This document shows, one piece after another, positions 9,824 to 17,918 of a stretch of DNA of 64,000 nucleotides. The stretch covers positions 1 through 64,000 of IMG/VR virus record IMGVR_UViG_3300023109_000007. One strand, 5' to 3'. Under the pieces are notes generated by a model. It saw only the letters and a program-made list of their open reading frames with translations. It did no database searches and had not been told where the DNA came from. Origin of the DNA: a virus. Position numbers and translations under genes: made by a program. Positions within the stretch are counted from its first letter, which is position 1. Each line of letters starts with the position of its first letter.

Positions 9824-10455
9824 ATAAACTTAACCTTTTTATTTTTTTTGTTCTGTTCCCAATTTATCAAAGTGCCATCTTCAATTTTAGCTTTAATATC
9901 TTCATACGAGTTATGTCGCCAGCAAGTGGTAATAATTGTCCTACCTTCATCTGATTCATTAGTTACTCCGTGTATTTGTTGTCCTTTAAACAGCCAAGGC
10001 GCTAATTCATCTGTTAGCTTAGATTTCTCATATGGCATTGTATATTTTAACGTATCACGATCAAATGTTTCAAAGAATGTTTGTGGACTATCCAGTCCAA
10101 ATTTTCCATTTACAGGAAAGTTTAAGACTGCTCTTCTGTTTCGGTCTTGGTGGGGAGGGGTTCCTCCGACAGGTGTGCTGGTATATAACATAGTATCGGG
10201 CATGATCGGTATATTAAATAATAATGCGAGCTCTTCGTGAAAGTCTGACCAGGAGTAGTTTTTACACTCAAGACGTGGATCAAAACTTTCTTGAACTGTC
10301 CACCTAGTTTTGCCACAATCGAAAACATACCATTCATCCTCTTCTATACTTGCTAAGTGATTACTTAGATACTGTCTATCAAACCAAAGGTTAGTTAGTT
10401 CATGACAGTACTGAGCTGTTTTTTTCTCTTCCAACATTATCATCCCATCTTTCAT
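9820..10455 (-). CDS. Fe(II)/2OG oxygenase-like protein
   Basis: PPHQDRNRRAVLNFP (HxD); IHGVTN...GRTII (distal His, Arg). The true start may be 10437. Confidence 0.7.
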   Translation of the reverse strand: MKDGMIMLEEKKTAQYCHELTNLWFDRQYLSNHLASIEEDEWYVFDCGKTRWTVQESFDPRLECKNYSWSDFHEELALLFNIPIMPDTMLYTSTPVGGTPPHQDRNRRAVLNFPVNGKFGLDSPQTFFETFDRDTLKYTMPYEKSKLTDELAPWLFKGQQIHGVTNESDEGRTIITTCWRHNSYEDIKAKIEDGTLINWEQNKKNKKVKFI

Positions 10456-10963
10456 AATTTGTCTTTATAATTTCAAAGTATTGCATCATAGAGTCTGCAT
10501 CAGTTACTTGGAAACACGTCATTGGATTATGACTAAAGTCTTCATATTTAATAGTTTTAACAACAAGATTATCTAGGACCATAGCATATCGATGGCTTCG
10601 TTTACTGCTTAATCCTTCTTTGGTCATATCTTCGGTCATGCCTATTGCATCGGACCAAGTAGCATCTGGATCAGGTAAATTTTGTATATGTTTAATACCT
10701 TGAAATTTGTTCCAGGCGTTCTGTATAAAACAATCGTCAGTTGACGTGTACCATATTTCGTCAACTTCGTTCATAAACTTGTCATATAAAAATTCATACG
10801 ACCGGAGTTGAGAAGCAGCATATTCTACAAGAAACGCACCTGGCAATCCGAGTAAAAGTATCCTCTTGCCAGCAAATAACGATCGGGTGTCTGCCCACTC
10901 ATTGTTATGTTTAACTTTATGCATACTAGAAACATTAGGTATAGTATCTCCCACACGTATCAT
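10400..10963 (-). CDS. Peroxiredoxin (Prx5/Redoxin family) homolog lacking the peroxidatic Cys
   Basis: IRVGDTIP, LFAGKRILLLGLPGAF, DCFIQNAW, LPDPDA and RSHRYAMVLDN match Prx5-type proteins, but PGAFTPxC reads PGAFLVEY. The start was set at the ATG at 10963 (GGAG at 10969-10972). Confidence 0.8.
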   Translation of the reverse strand: MIRVGDTIPNVSSMHKVKHNNEWADTRSLFAGKRILLLGLPGAFLVEYAASQLRSYEFLYDKFMNEVDEIWYTSTDDCFIQNAWNKFQGIKHIQNLPDPDATWSDAIGMTEDMTKEGLSSKRSHRYAMVLDNLVVKTIKYEDFSHNPMTCFQVTDADSMMQYFEIIKTNYERWDDNVGREKNSSVLS

Positions 10964-12816
10964 GCAAACTCCTTTTTTGTTGTTTGTAAAAAGCATCTTT
11001 TGCTTTTTCGACCATACCAGAATAAATGTTTAGCGTGGTCGCCTCTGTCTTTATATTTTGTTGGAGTTGTTTCTACAACAGTTTCCATATTTGCTAATAT
11101 AGTATTGTTAAAGAACCAAGAGTCCCAATTTTTTGTAAATGTCATAGAGTAAGCCGTCTTACCATAAATATCGAGTATATGCTTATTATACACTGATACT
11201 TCAGAAATGTCAATACCGTATTTCAGTTTTACAAAGTAAATAAGTTCATTGTAAATTTCATCAATATTAGAATACAAAAATGCAGCAGTTGCTCCATTAT
11301 CTTGGAAGTGAAAATCGTCTGAACCTTCTATAGAACGTCCCCAAGTTTTCATTTCAAATAAACTTTCACGCAAACTAGTTGTATGAGTAACGTACTCTTG
11401 ATTTAAAATACCTGAACTATTCTTACTCCACTCAAACAAACATTTGTAATAATCTATTAAGGAAATGTTATGTTCGCGGAACAAGTAAGTAGCAATTACT
11501 TGACTCACACCGTGATAGTGATGCGGAATAATGATGCCCTTTGCAAAGAAATACATATCAATGTATCCGTCTGTAGTAAACGTATTACTAGTATGGCATA
11601 CAAAGTCTACTTCGCCCTTACTGTCTTCTGGATAAACGTTGCCGCCTGCAGGTGCAGGAGATGCAGTATATTGCAATCCGTACTTGTCTTTGTATTCTGG
11701 ATCACTAAATGGAGTATTAGGAACAATACTTAATGGATGGACAGTAAGAGCGTGATCGCTTCCTAGTTCAAGTATTTTTCCAATTCCGGCAATCCAAGTA
11801 TCTAATGTTTCTTCTGGCAAGCCGACTATTAATTCGCAGTAGTTATCAACGCCGGCTTTATTATACGCACTTACCATTTGTTCTAATTTAGTATTAGCAA
11901 TATTAATACGCTTAATTGCTTTTAGTGTAGCTGGGTTCATACTCTGTAGTGCAATAGTCACTCCACGTTTAATCTTTGCTTCTTGATTAAGTATACGGCC
12001 TAGTTCGACGATTCGTTCAGGTTGCTGTTTTGCTGTACTATAATCAATTTGTCTTGGAAATCCTTTTTCATTTTTGCACTTAGCAACATATTTGATAAAG
12101 TCAATGTCTCTGTCAAATATTCCTACATTACTATCTGCAAAATATAGGAAGTCGATCTTATGATCAGACACCCAATCAATTTCAGCAATAACTCTATCAT
12201 AATTAAACTTTGCTATTTTATTATAATATATTGCTTCTTGATCACAGAAGGTACAAGCATAAGGACAACCTCTATTAGTTTCAATTATAGCACTGTACTG
12301 TTTTCCAGGTTTCATAAGAGAGTCCATTAGTCCACTAAGATACGGACTAGGAATGTCGTCTACTATTTTATCAGGTTTAGGAGGACTATAACTATCAACA
12401 CTCAATATGCCAGGTGCTGTATAATTACCATTAAGTAACTCAGCAAACGCACGTTCGCCGGCATATGTGACAATTAAATCACATATATCTCGATTATCTT
12501 GTAGCCATTGTTTCTTGGCAGGAACTTGTGGGCCGCCCATTACAATTAAACAGTTGGGCCAACGGAGTTTAACTGCACGAGCAAGCTCTCTACTTATATC
12601 CCAATTCCATACATATGTACTAATGGCAAATACATCAGGGTCGGTTATTTGTTTTAAATATTCGGCTACTGTTTCACGCTCAAACAATATTCCGCCAAGC
12701 TCCCATCCTTCTACATTAGCGTTGCAGTATTCCCATACATATGCTACGCTTAGTGGCAAGAATGTTGCTTCGGCTATTACATTATTAATTTGTGTGAAAT
12801 AAACTTTTTTCATCAT
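10960..12816 (-). CDS. Cobalamin-binding (class B type) radical SAM protein
   Basis: FLPLSVAY, STYVWNW, VMGGPQV, AGERAF, SPYL, ETNRGCPYACTFC, DSNVG, LQS, ELIVGLPEET. Paralog of 7001-8656. Confidence 0.9.
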   Translation of the reverse strand: MMKKVYFTQINNVIAEATFLPLSVAYVWEYCNANVEGWELGGILFERETVAEYLKQITDPDVFAISTYVWNWDISRELARAVKLRWPNCLIVMGGPQVPAKKQWLQDNRDICDLIVTYAGERAFAELLNGNYTAPGILSVDSYSPPKPDKIVDDIPSPYLSGLMDSLMKPGKQYSAIIETNRGCPYACTFCDQEAIYYNKIAKFNYDRVIAEIDWVSDHKIDFLYFADSNVGIFDRDIDFIKYVAKCKNEKGFPRQIDYSTAKQQPERIVELGRILNQEAKIKRGVTIALQSMNPATLKAIKRINIANTKLEQMVSAYNKAGVDNYCELIVGLPEETLDTWIAGIGKILELGSDHALTVHPLSIVPNTPFSDPEYKDKYGLQYTASPAPAGGNVYPEDSKGEVDFVCHTSNTFTTDGYIDMYFFAKGIIIPHHYHGVSQVIATYLFREHNISLIDYYKCLFEWSKNSSGILNQEYVTHTTSLRESLFEMKTWGRSIEGSDDFHFQDNGATAAFLYSNIDEIYNELIYFVKLKYGIDISEVSVYNKHILDIYGKTAYSMTFTKNWDSWFFNNTILANMETVVETTPTKYKDRGDHAKHLFWYGRKSKRCFLQTTKKEFA

Positions 12817-12907
12817 GCGTCCTATAAGAGTAGTATCAAGATAAATCTTGGCTGAATAGCAGTAATGAAAATGAACATAGAATGTTCGCGATTTCTCGCA
12901 GTATGTG
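12817..12907 (-). other. Putative structured 5' leader of the B12-radical SAM operon
   Basis: The minus-strand leader contains adjacent inverted repeats GCGA-GAAA-TCGC, GAACAT-TCT-ATGTTC and CAAGAT-TT-ATCTTG between the ATAAATA motif and the start codon. Confidence 0.4.
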
Positions 12908-12914
12908 TATTTAT
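12908..12914 (-). promoter_or_regulatory. ATAAATA late-promoter-like motif
   Basis: Intergenic ATAAATA (T4 late consensus is TATAAATA). The same motif lies upstream of structural genes at 43558, 46034 and 50832. Confidence 0.55.
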
Positions 12915-14030
12915 TTAAATAATCTTACGTTTAGGTATTTTTGAATCAGCCGAACTTACACAACTTTTTGTAATGCAAGTTTTAGGTGTCTTAAACAGTT
13001 CGAAACCTGTTTCGATGTTGCCTAGTGGCGCATCATGGCAAGAATAACTACGTTTTACCGAACCGTCTGGCTCGCGTATTATAAGTCCGCTGTAACCGGC
13101 ATTGCAAGCCCATCCTTCAAAATTGTTGAAATTAAAGGCATTAAAGCGTTCTGCTTGGTCCATATACCACTTTTTACCTTTAGAGTCTTTTAACTCTACT
13201 TGCATATGCCAAGGAATACTTGTATCTAATTTTCCCTCTACTCCTTGAGGTATTTGGAAGTTTGGCTTCGGACGCTCTGTCCATATCCTTTTGTTTTCTG
13301 TGTATGCTCGCTGTGGCATTCCGTTCCACAACCGCTCCAAGTCTTCTGGTTTGTAACCTTCAACAATTTTAGAAGCAGTAGGGTCTGATTGTGGTTTAAG
13401 AGTAACGTTGATACCTTGCTCGTGAAAGAATAACGCATTCTCCCAATCACGTTCAAACCATTCTGGTACCATAACTTGATTAATTGTAACTTGTACATCA
13501 TGCTCCTGACAGAAGATTAACTTATCTGCAAAGTCCTGCATCTTCTCTTTACTGTTTACGTGTTCTGTGTGCAGACTTGCTGTAATACTTGCTCTATGAA
13601 ATGGCTTTACTGCTTCAACATACTTTTCAAACCAAGCCATATTGCGACTACAGTTTGACGTCATGTGTACACTGGTATAGTTGGTGTTGTCTACGTCATC
13701 AGCCAGATGCTGTAGAATGTCCAAGTACCCAGGATGAAAAGTAGGCTCACCGCCACTAAGACTAAAATGATAACTATTAAATCCGTTTTCACGTGCCTGT
13801 CGCTTTATTTCGTCGATTGTTTTGAGACATAGTTCTGTAGGTCTATGATCTTTGCGGTCGCTTCTTGCGTAGGGCCAACAGTAACTACATTTGTAGTTAC
13901 AGAATCTTCCAAGCAGCCAGCTGACAGTAAACAAGTCTCTATATAAGAGTGTCCTTTGTCCGACGCTAACAATGTCGTCAAACGGGATCTTTGTAAAGTC
14001 ATAATTGCTCCATTTTAAATCTTCACTCAT
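12915..14030 (-). CDS. Radical SAM protein with C-terminal Cys-containing (twitch-like) domain (subfamily C)
   Basis: SWLLGRFCNYKCSYC; SGGEPT; TSN; C-terminal GWACNAG...SYSC...CITKSC. Confidence 0.9.
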   Translation of the reverse strand: MSEDLKWSNYDFTKIPFDDIVSVGQRTLLYRDLFTVSWLLGRFCNYKCSYCWPYARSDRKDHRPTELCLKTIDEIKRQARENGFNSYHFSLSGGEPTFHPGYLDILQHLADDVDNTNYTSVHMTSNCSRNMAWFEKYVEAVKPFHRASITASLHTEHVNSKEKMQDFADKLIFCQEHDVQVTINQVMVPEWFERDWENALFFHEQGINVTLKPQSDPTASKIVEGYKPEDLERLWNGMPQRAYTENKRIWTERPKPNFQIPQGVEGKLDTSIPWHMQVELKDSKGKKWYMDQAERFNAFNFNNFEGWACNAGYSGLIIREPDGSVKRSYSCHDAPLGNIETGFELFKTPKTCITKSCVSSADSKIPKRKII

Positions 14031-14036
14031 AACTAC

Positions 14037-14064
14037 AGTATAACACCTTTTAAAAAATAATCAA
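14037..14064 (-). promoter_or_regulatory. Sigma70-type promoter with extended -10, probably giving a leaderless mRNA
   Basis: TTGATT-16 nt-TATACT with TG immediately upstream of the -10 (TGTTATACT). The ATG at 14030 lies 6 nt after the -10 and has no Shine-Dalgarno. Confidence 0.55.
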
Positions 14065-14067
14065 CCG

Positions 14068-14742
14068 TTAAATATATCGGCCAAAACCCCAAAATCTTTC
14101 TTTACAAAACCAACAGTTGTCGCAATGGGAACTAAAGTCCATAGTATGGTCTTCACAACTTCTAGTCAACGGAAATAATGTTTCCATAACTCCAAGTGTT
14201 TCGTATAGTTCTGCTACACCTTTTTTGTCTATGTTTGTTAGGTGTCTCCAAGAATAATCATTAAGCACAGGAAAATTCTTTCCATTTCTATTATCGCACG
14301 GTCCGTTAATTAGGTTACCCTTTTCGTTTCTAAAAGTATCTACTATATCTAAGGGTGGATTAGCAGTAATACCAGAATAATTTTTTTGTATGTTTTCTTT
14401 ATTATTAGCTTCGAAAAAATTATCCCATTGTGCATTTATATAATCATCGTTAGTATTCATTACGTCTACATTGTTTATATAATGTTTTCCAAAAATATGT
14501 TCTCCAAAAGTATCTTTATAAAAATTTATTATACGGGGAGCAAACACTCCTTGATAAGGTTTCTTAGGATGATTAGTAGTTAATGGAATAATCTTAATAT
14601 CAGGTCTTTCTTCAGCTACATATTTAGATAACATATAACCAACAATAGCACTGTCAGCACCGCCGGATATTTTAAGAGATACTACCTTTACGCTATCAGG
14701 TTCTTCAATATTAATATCTTGTTGACTATTTTTAAATATCAT
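14068..14742 (-). CDS. QueC-like PP-loop ATPase (second paralog)
   Basis: ISGGADSA; GITANPP; TRSC-x10-CDNCWFCKERFW. Similar to 3000-3599. Confidence 0.75.
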   Translation of the reverse strand: MIFKNSQQDINIEEPDSVKVVSLKISGGADSAIVGYMLSKYVAEERPDIKIIPLTTNHPKKPYQGVFAPRIINFYKDTFGEHIFGKHYINNVDVMNTNDDYINAQWDNFFEANNKENIQKNYSGITANPPLDIVDTFRNEKGNLINGPCDNRNGKNFPVLNDYSWRHLTNIDKKGVAELYETLGVMETLFPLTRSCEDHTMDFSSHCDNCWFCKERFWGFGRYI

Positions 14743-15680
14743 AGCTGTTCCTTTATAAATTTATCACGTTTGTTTTCTTTACATACTTGCTCGCAACGAG
14801 GAATCTTGTTATCTGATGTCCAACTGTTTTTTATGTCTGTCCAAACTTTTCCATTAATTGCTTGTTCAATACTTACATTGGTTAAATTAATATCTGACAT
14901 ATAATCCTGTTGTTCTAATATATCTTCAAATTTATCTTTGTGTTTTCCGCTAACTGGATATTCTAACATCTTTGCATTAAGATGACAACAGGGTATTACA
15001 TTGCCCATGTGATTTACAAAAATACGTTTTTGATTAGCATACTTGCAACTAATGCAATTGGATTCTTGTGTTTCAACCTTTTTATGTTTGATACCACCAG
15101 AGTCTTTTCTATGACTAATAATAGTTTTAAATTCTTTAAAGCCTTCTTGCTTTGCTATTTCTCTTGCTTCTTCTAGTTGATGTTCATTATGTTCAAAACT
15201 AATAAACTGCCAATTTGCTTTTCCGCCAGCAGCAATAAATGCTCTGTAATTTTTTTGTACTTTTTTATAATTAGACCCTTGTCTATATACTTCAGACAAT
15301 TCGTCACTACCGTCAATTCCCCAAACAACTTTGTGACTGCTAGGAAGTATACCTGCTAGTTCAGTCCACCACTTTTCACTCCGTAAACTTCCGTTAGTAG
15401 CAATGTTAATATGACAGTCCCAATCAGCAAAGTGTTTTATAATTTCATGAAATTGTGGATGACTACAAGGCTCATCAACGCTACCACAAAAATTAATAAT
15501 TTTAATATTTGGAAACATTTCTTTTTGAAATCTCTCTTTAATAGTGTCGAGATCTAAATAAGTTTTGTTTAATATGTCATCGGCATAATCAGACAACACA
15601 CGAAAACAGCCTTTGCATTTTATATTACAAAAACTTGTAAGTTCTATATCAATCCATTCTAATGTATCAGTTGTCCACAT
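14739..15680 (-). CDS. Radical SAM protein with C-terminal twitch domain (subfamily A)
   Basis: ELTSFCNIKCKGC; CGSVDEP; ATNG; WGIDG; FEHNEHQ; C...PCCH...CEQVC. Confidence 0.9.
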   Translation of the reverse strand: MWTTDTLEWIDIELTSFCNIKCKGCFRVLSDYADDILNKTYLDLDTIKERFQKEMFPNIKIINFCGSVDEPCSHPQFHEIIKHFADWDCHINIATNGSLRSEKWWTELAGILPSSHKVVWGIDGSDELSEVYRQGSNYKKVQKNYRAFIAAGGKANWQFISFEHNEHQLEEAREIAKQEGFKEFKTIISHRKDSGGIKHKKVETQESNCISCKYANQKRIFVNHMGNVIPCCHLNAKMLEYPVSGKHKDKFEDILEQQDYMSDINLTNVSIEQAINGKVWTDIKNSWTSDNKIPRCEQVCKENKRDKFIKEQL

Positions 15681-16756
15681 TATTCAAAACACCACGGTAT
15701 AATTTTTTTGCTGTCAGTGCCTCTTGCACTATCTAACTCTAGTAAATATTGTTGCATCTTAAGATTTAGTTGTTCATTAAATTTATAATCAGAATAAAAC
15801 TTTCTTAGTTCAGGCACTTTAGTTTGTTCTAGGACACGTTCAACTATATGCGGCTTTAGTGCATTTACTTGTAATTGATTAGGCCTAGTTAATTTATGAA
15901 TATCGTATTTTCCGTTCCACTTTTTTTGAATATTGTCAACTAATGTATCAATATTAGGTAAGTTCATTGCTTGTACAGTAATATTAAAAAATAATTTCTC
16001 GCAATTTAAGTCAACAAGTTCTTGCGTATTTTTTAAGAATTCGTCGTGTTTAGTTGGAAAACGTATAAGATCGTTAACATCACTCCAACCATCGCAACTA
16101 ATACTAAATTCTAGGTGATTAAATTTAGATAATATTTCTAAAAACTTTGGAGTATTACTTACTCCGTTAGTTTGAATACATAAAATAGTATTATTACGAT
16201 TCCACTCATGCTTAGATAAATTCTTAATAAATTTCTGTACATCTTTCATATAAAAAGGTTCGCCGCCAGCAATGTAAATAGATATAGCTTTGTCTATACA
16301 ATTTTCATATATCCAATCCCAATCAATTTCGTCTCTTGCTTTTCGATTGTCTTCATTTAAAACTTCGCCATTGTATTTTTTAAAGATGTCAATATCTTCA
16401 TACCATTTACTACTGTTCCAAGGAGTACACATTGCACACTTTAAATTGCAAAGACTGCCGGGTCGTATGTCCCAGTGAGTAATTCCTGTGTTGCCTCTTT
16501 CAAGGCTAACTATACGTTTGCTAGATTTTCCTGATGATTCTTTTAAAATGCAATCTATACACTCAGGACGTTTCCAGTCTCCTTTAAATCCTTCTTTAAT
16601 TTTATTGATTGCTGGATTATCTATTAAATCTTCAATGTTAGGAACTGTTCCGCTGTTGTGCTTGGCTTTATACAAGCAACACGGAGATACTACATAACCA
16701 CTTGAATGTCTTTCAACGTATAAACTAGTTGTACCTTCTAAACAATTATATGTCAC
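15680..16756 (-). CDS. Radical SAM protein with N-terminal twitch domain (subfamily B)
   Basis: N-terminal C...SPCC...CIDC..E..G.SSKR; CNLKCAMC; SSKW; AGGEPF; TNG. Confidence 0.9.
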   Translation of the reverse strand: MTYNCLEGTTSLYVERHSSGYVVSPCCLYKAKHNSGTVPNIEDLIDNPAINKIKEGFKGDWKRPECIDCILKESSGKSSKRIVSLERGNTGITHWDIRPGSLCNLKCAMCTPWNSSKWYEDIDIFKKYNGEVLNEDNRKARDEIDWDWIYENCIDKAISIYIAGGEPFYMKDVQKFIKNLSKHEWNRNNTILCIQTNGVSNTPKFLEILSKFNHLEFSISCDGWSDVNDLIRFPTKHDEFLKNTQELVDLNCEKLFFNITVQAMNLPNIDTLVDNIQKKWNGKYDIHKLTRPNQLQVNALKPHIVERVLEQTKVPELRKFYSDYKFNEQLNLKMQQYLLELDSARGTDSKKIIPWCFE

Positions 16757-17918
16757 TTAGAACTCCTACATCAATATGTTCTGTAACTACTTCTTTATAG
16801 CGTTCACTGTACATACTTTTTGGTGCGCACAATCCACACCCGCATGTTTGTTTAGGACATATTATAGTAGTCATTTTTTTATTTTCTAATTTATTTCTTA
16901 AATCTTTAAGTATAATATTACCTTGGCTTAGTTTGCCAATTGCACCTCTTGTACCGTCAAATTTTGCTTGGCATGTTTGATGGTGAAATACTTGATCAGT
17001 TTGTTGTTCAATATGTAAGAAGAACCAGTTTACACTACAACTCCATCCTTTGAAATCTCTTTTGTTAACAAACTGACTAGTAATAGATTCAGTCTTATTG
17101 CTTAAACACATATTACGCATACCGCAACAAGGACGTCCAATAGTCATTCCTAATTTATCAGATTCGCTTTTCTTTTCGCCTGCTGCACTTAATACTTTTG
17201 ATACTTCTTTTTCTTTGTTTAACTTTTTAGTATTATTGTTCCAATAGTTTTTCATGTAGTCTAATTGTTCAAGTGAATATTTATGTGCAAAGGATGGCTT
17301 ACTGTCTGCTTCTTCACCGATAACTCTAGGAACATATTTTACATCGTGTTCTTCTAGAAATTCGCATAAGTCTTTACACTCATCAAAATGTTGTGCATGG
17401 AACATAACATTAACATTAATCCTAAAGTTGCCACTATCTTCAGCTTTTTTAAACTGTAGTATTCTGTCTCTAACTTGATCTTTTAGTTTTTGATTACTTT
17501 CAGCATGATAACTTACTGTAACATGTGATAGGTTATCAATTACAGCTTGTGCCATTTTTTGACTCATTGCACCATTAGTAGTAAGTGTTAGTGCATTTTG
17601 CCATCTGCCTTTATACTTTTCTTCGTATGCTTCTTTTAAATATTTTACAAAAGGAATAAAGTTAGGATTTACAGTAGGCTCGCCGCCTGTGAAACTAATA
17701 CTAGCACGATCTTCTTTTCTATATTGCATATACAAGTCAATGTAACTGTAAACAAAATTTACACTACTTTTTAGTTCATCGAGACTAGCATGGGGACTAA
17801 AGTTATCATGCCTAGTTACAGGACAGTATGTACAGTCGTAATTACACCGCCTACCTAAATCCCAAGTAATTTGAAATACTTTACCCGATAGTAAATTTAT
17901 TGTATCAAAGTCCATCAA
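16746..17918 (-). CDS. Radical SAM protein with Cys-rich C-terminus (subfamily C)
   Basis: TWDLGRRCNYDCTYC; TGGEPT; TTNG; RPCCG...GWSC...HQTC...ICPKQTCGCGLC. Confidence 0.9.
   Translation of the reverse strand: MMDFDTINLLSGKVFQITWDLGRRCNYDCTYCPVTRHDNFSPHASLDELKSSVNFVYSYIDLYMQYRKEDRASISFTGGEPTVNPNFIPFVKYLKEAYEEKYKGRWQNALTLTTNGAMSQKMAQAVIDNLSHVTVSYHAESNQKLKDQVRDRILQFKKAEDSGNFRINVNVMFHAQHFDECKDLCEFLEEHDVKYVPRVIGEEADSKPSFAHKYSLEQLDYMKNYWNNNTKKLNKEKEVSKVLSAAGEKKSESDKLGMTIGRPCCGMRNMCLSNKTESITSQFVNKRDFKGWSCSVNWFFLHIEQQTDQVFHHQTCQAKFDGTRGAIGKLSQGNIILKDLRNKLENKKMTTIICPKQTCGCGLCAPKSMYSERYKEVVTEHIDVGVLSDI

Noticed and set aside
10400-10963. Selenocysteine or stop-codon recoding explaining the missing Prx Cys
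   Set aside because: The frame is open with sense codons at that site. Across the window TAA, TGA and TAG all end genes at sensible positions, consistent with the standard code.
12817-12914. tRNA, known riboswitch or intrinsic terminator in the intergenic gap
   Set aside because: There is no cloverleaf with T-loop consensus, no match I can recognise to SAM or cobalamin riboswitch cores, and no strong GC stem with a long U tract. It is kept only as a candidate structured leader.
3000-14742. 7-deazaguanine DNA modification pathway suggested by QueC-like genes and radical SAMs
   Set aside because: No FolE, QueD or DpdA/TGT is recognisable, and none of the radical SAMs looks like a short QueE. 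It cannot be excluded elsewhere in the genome.
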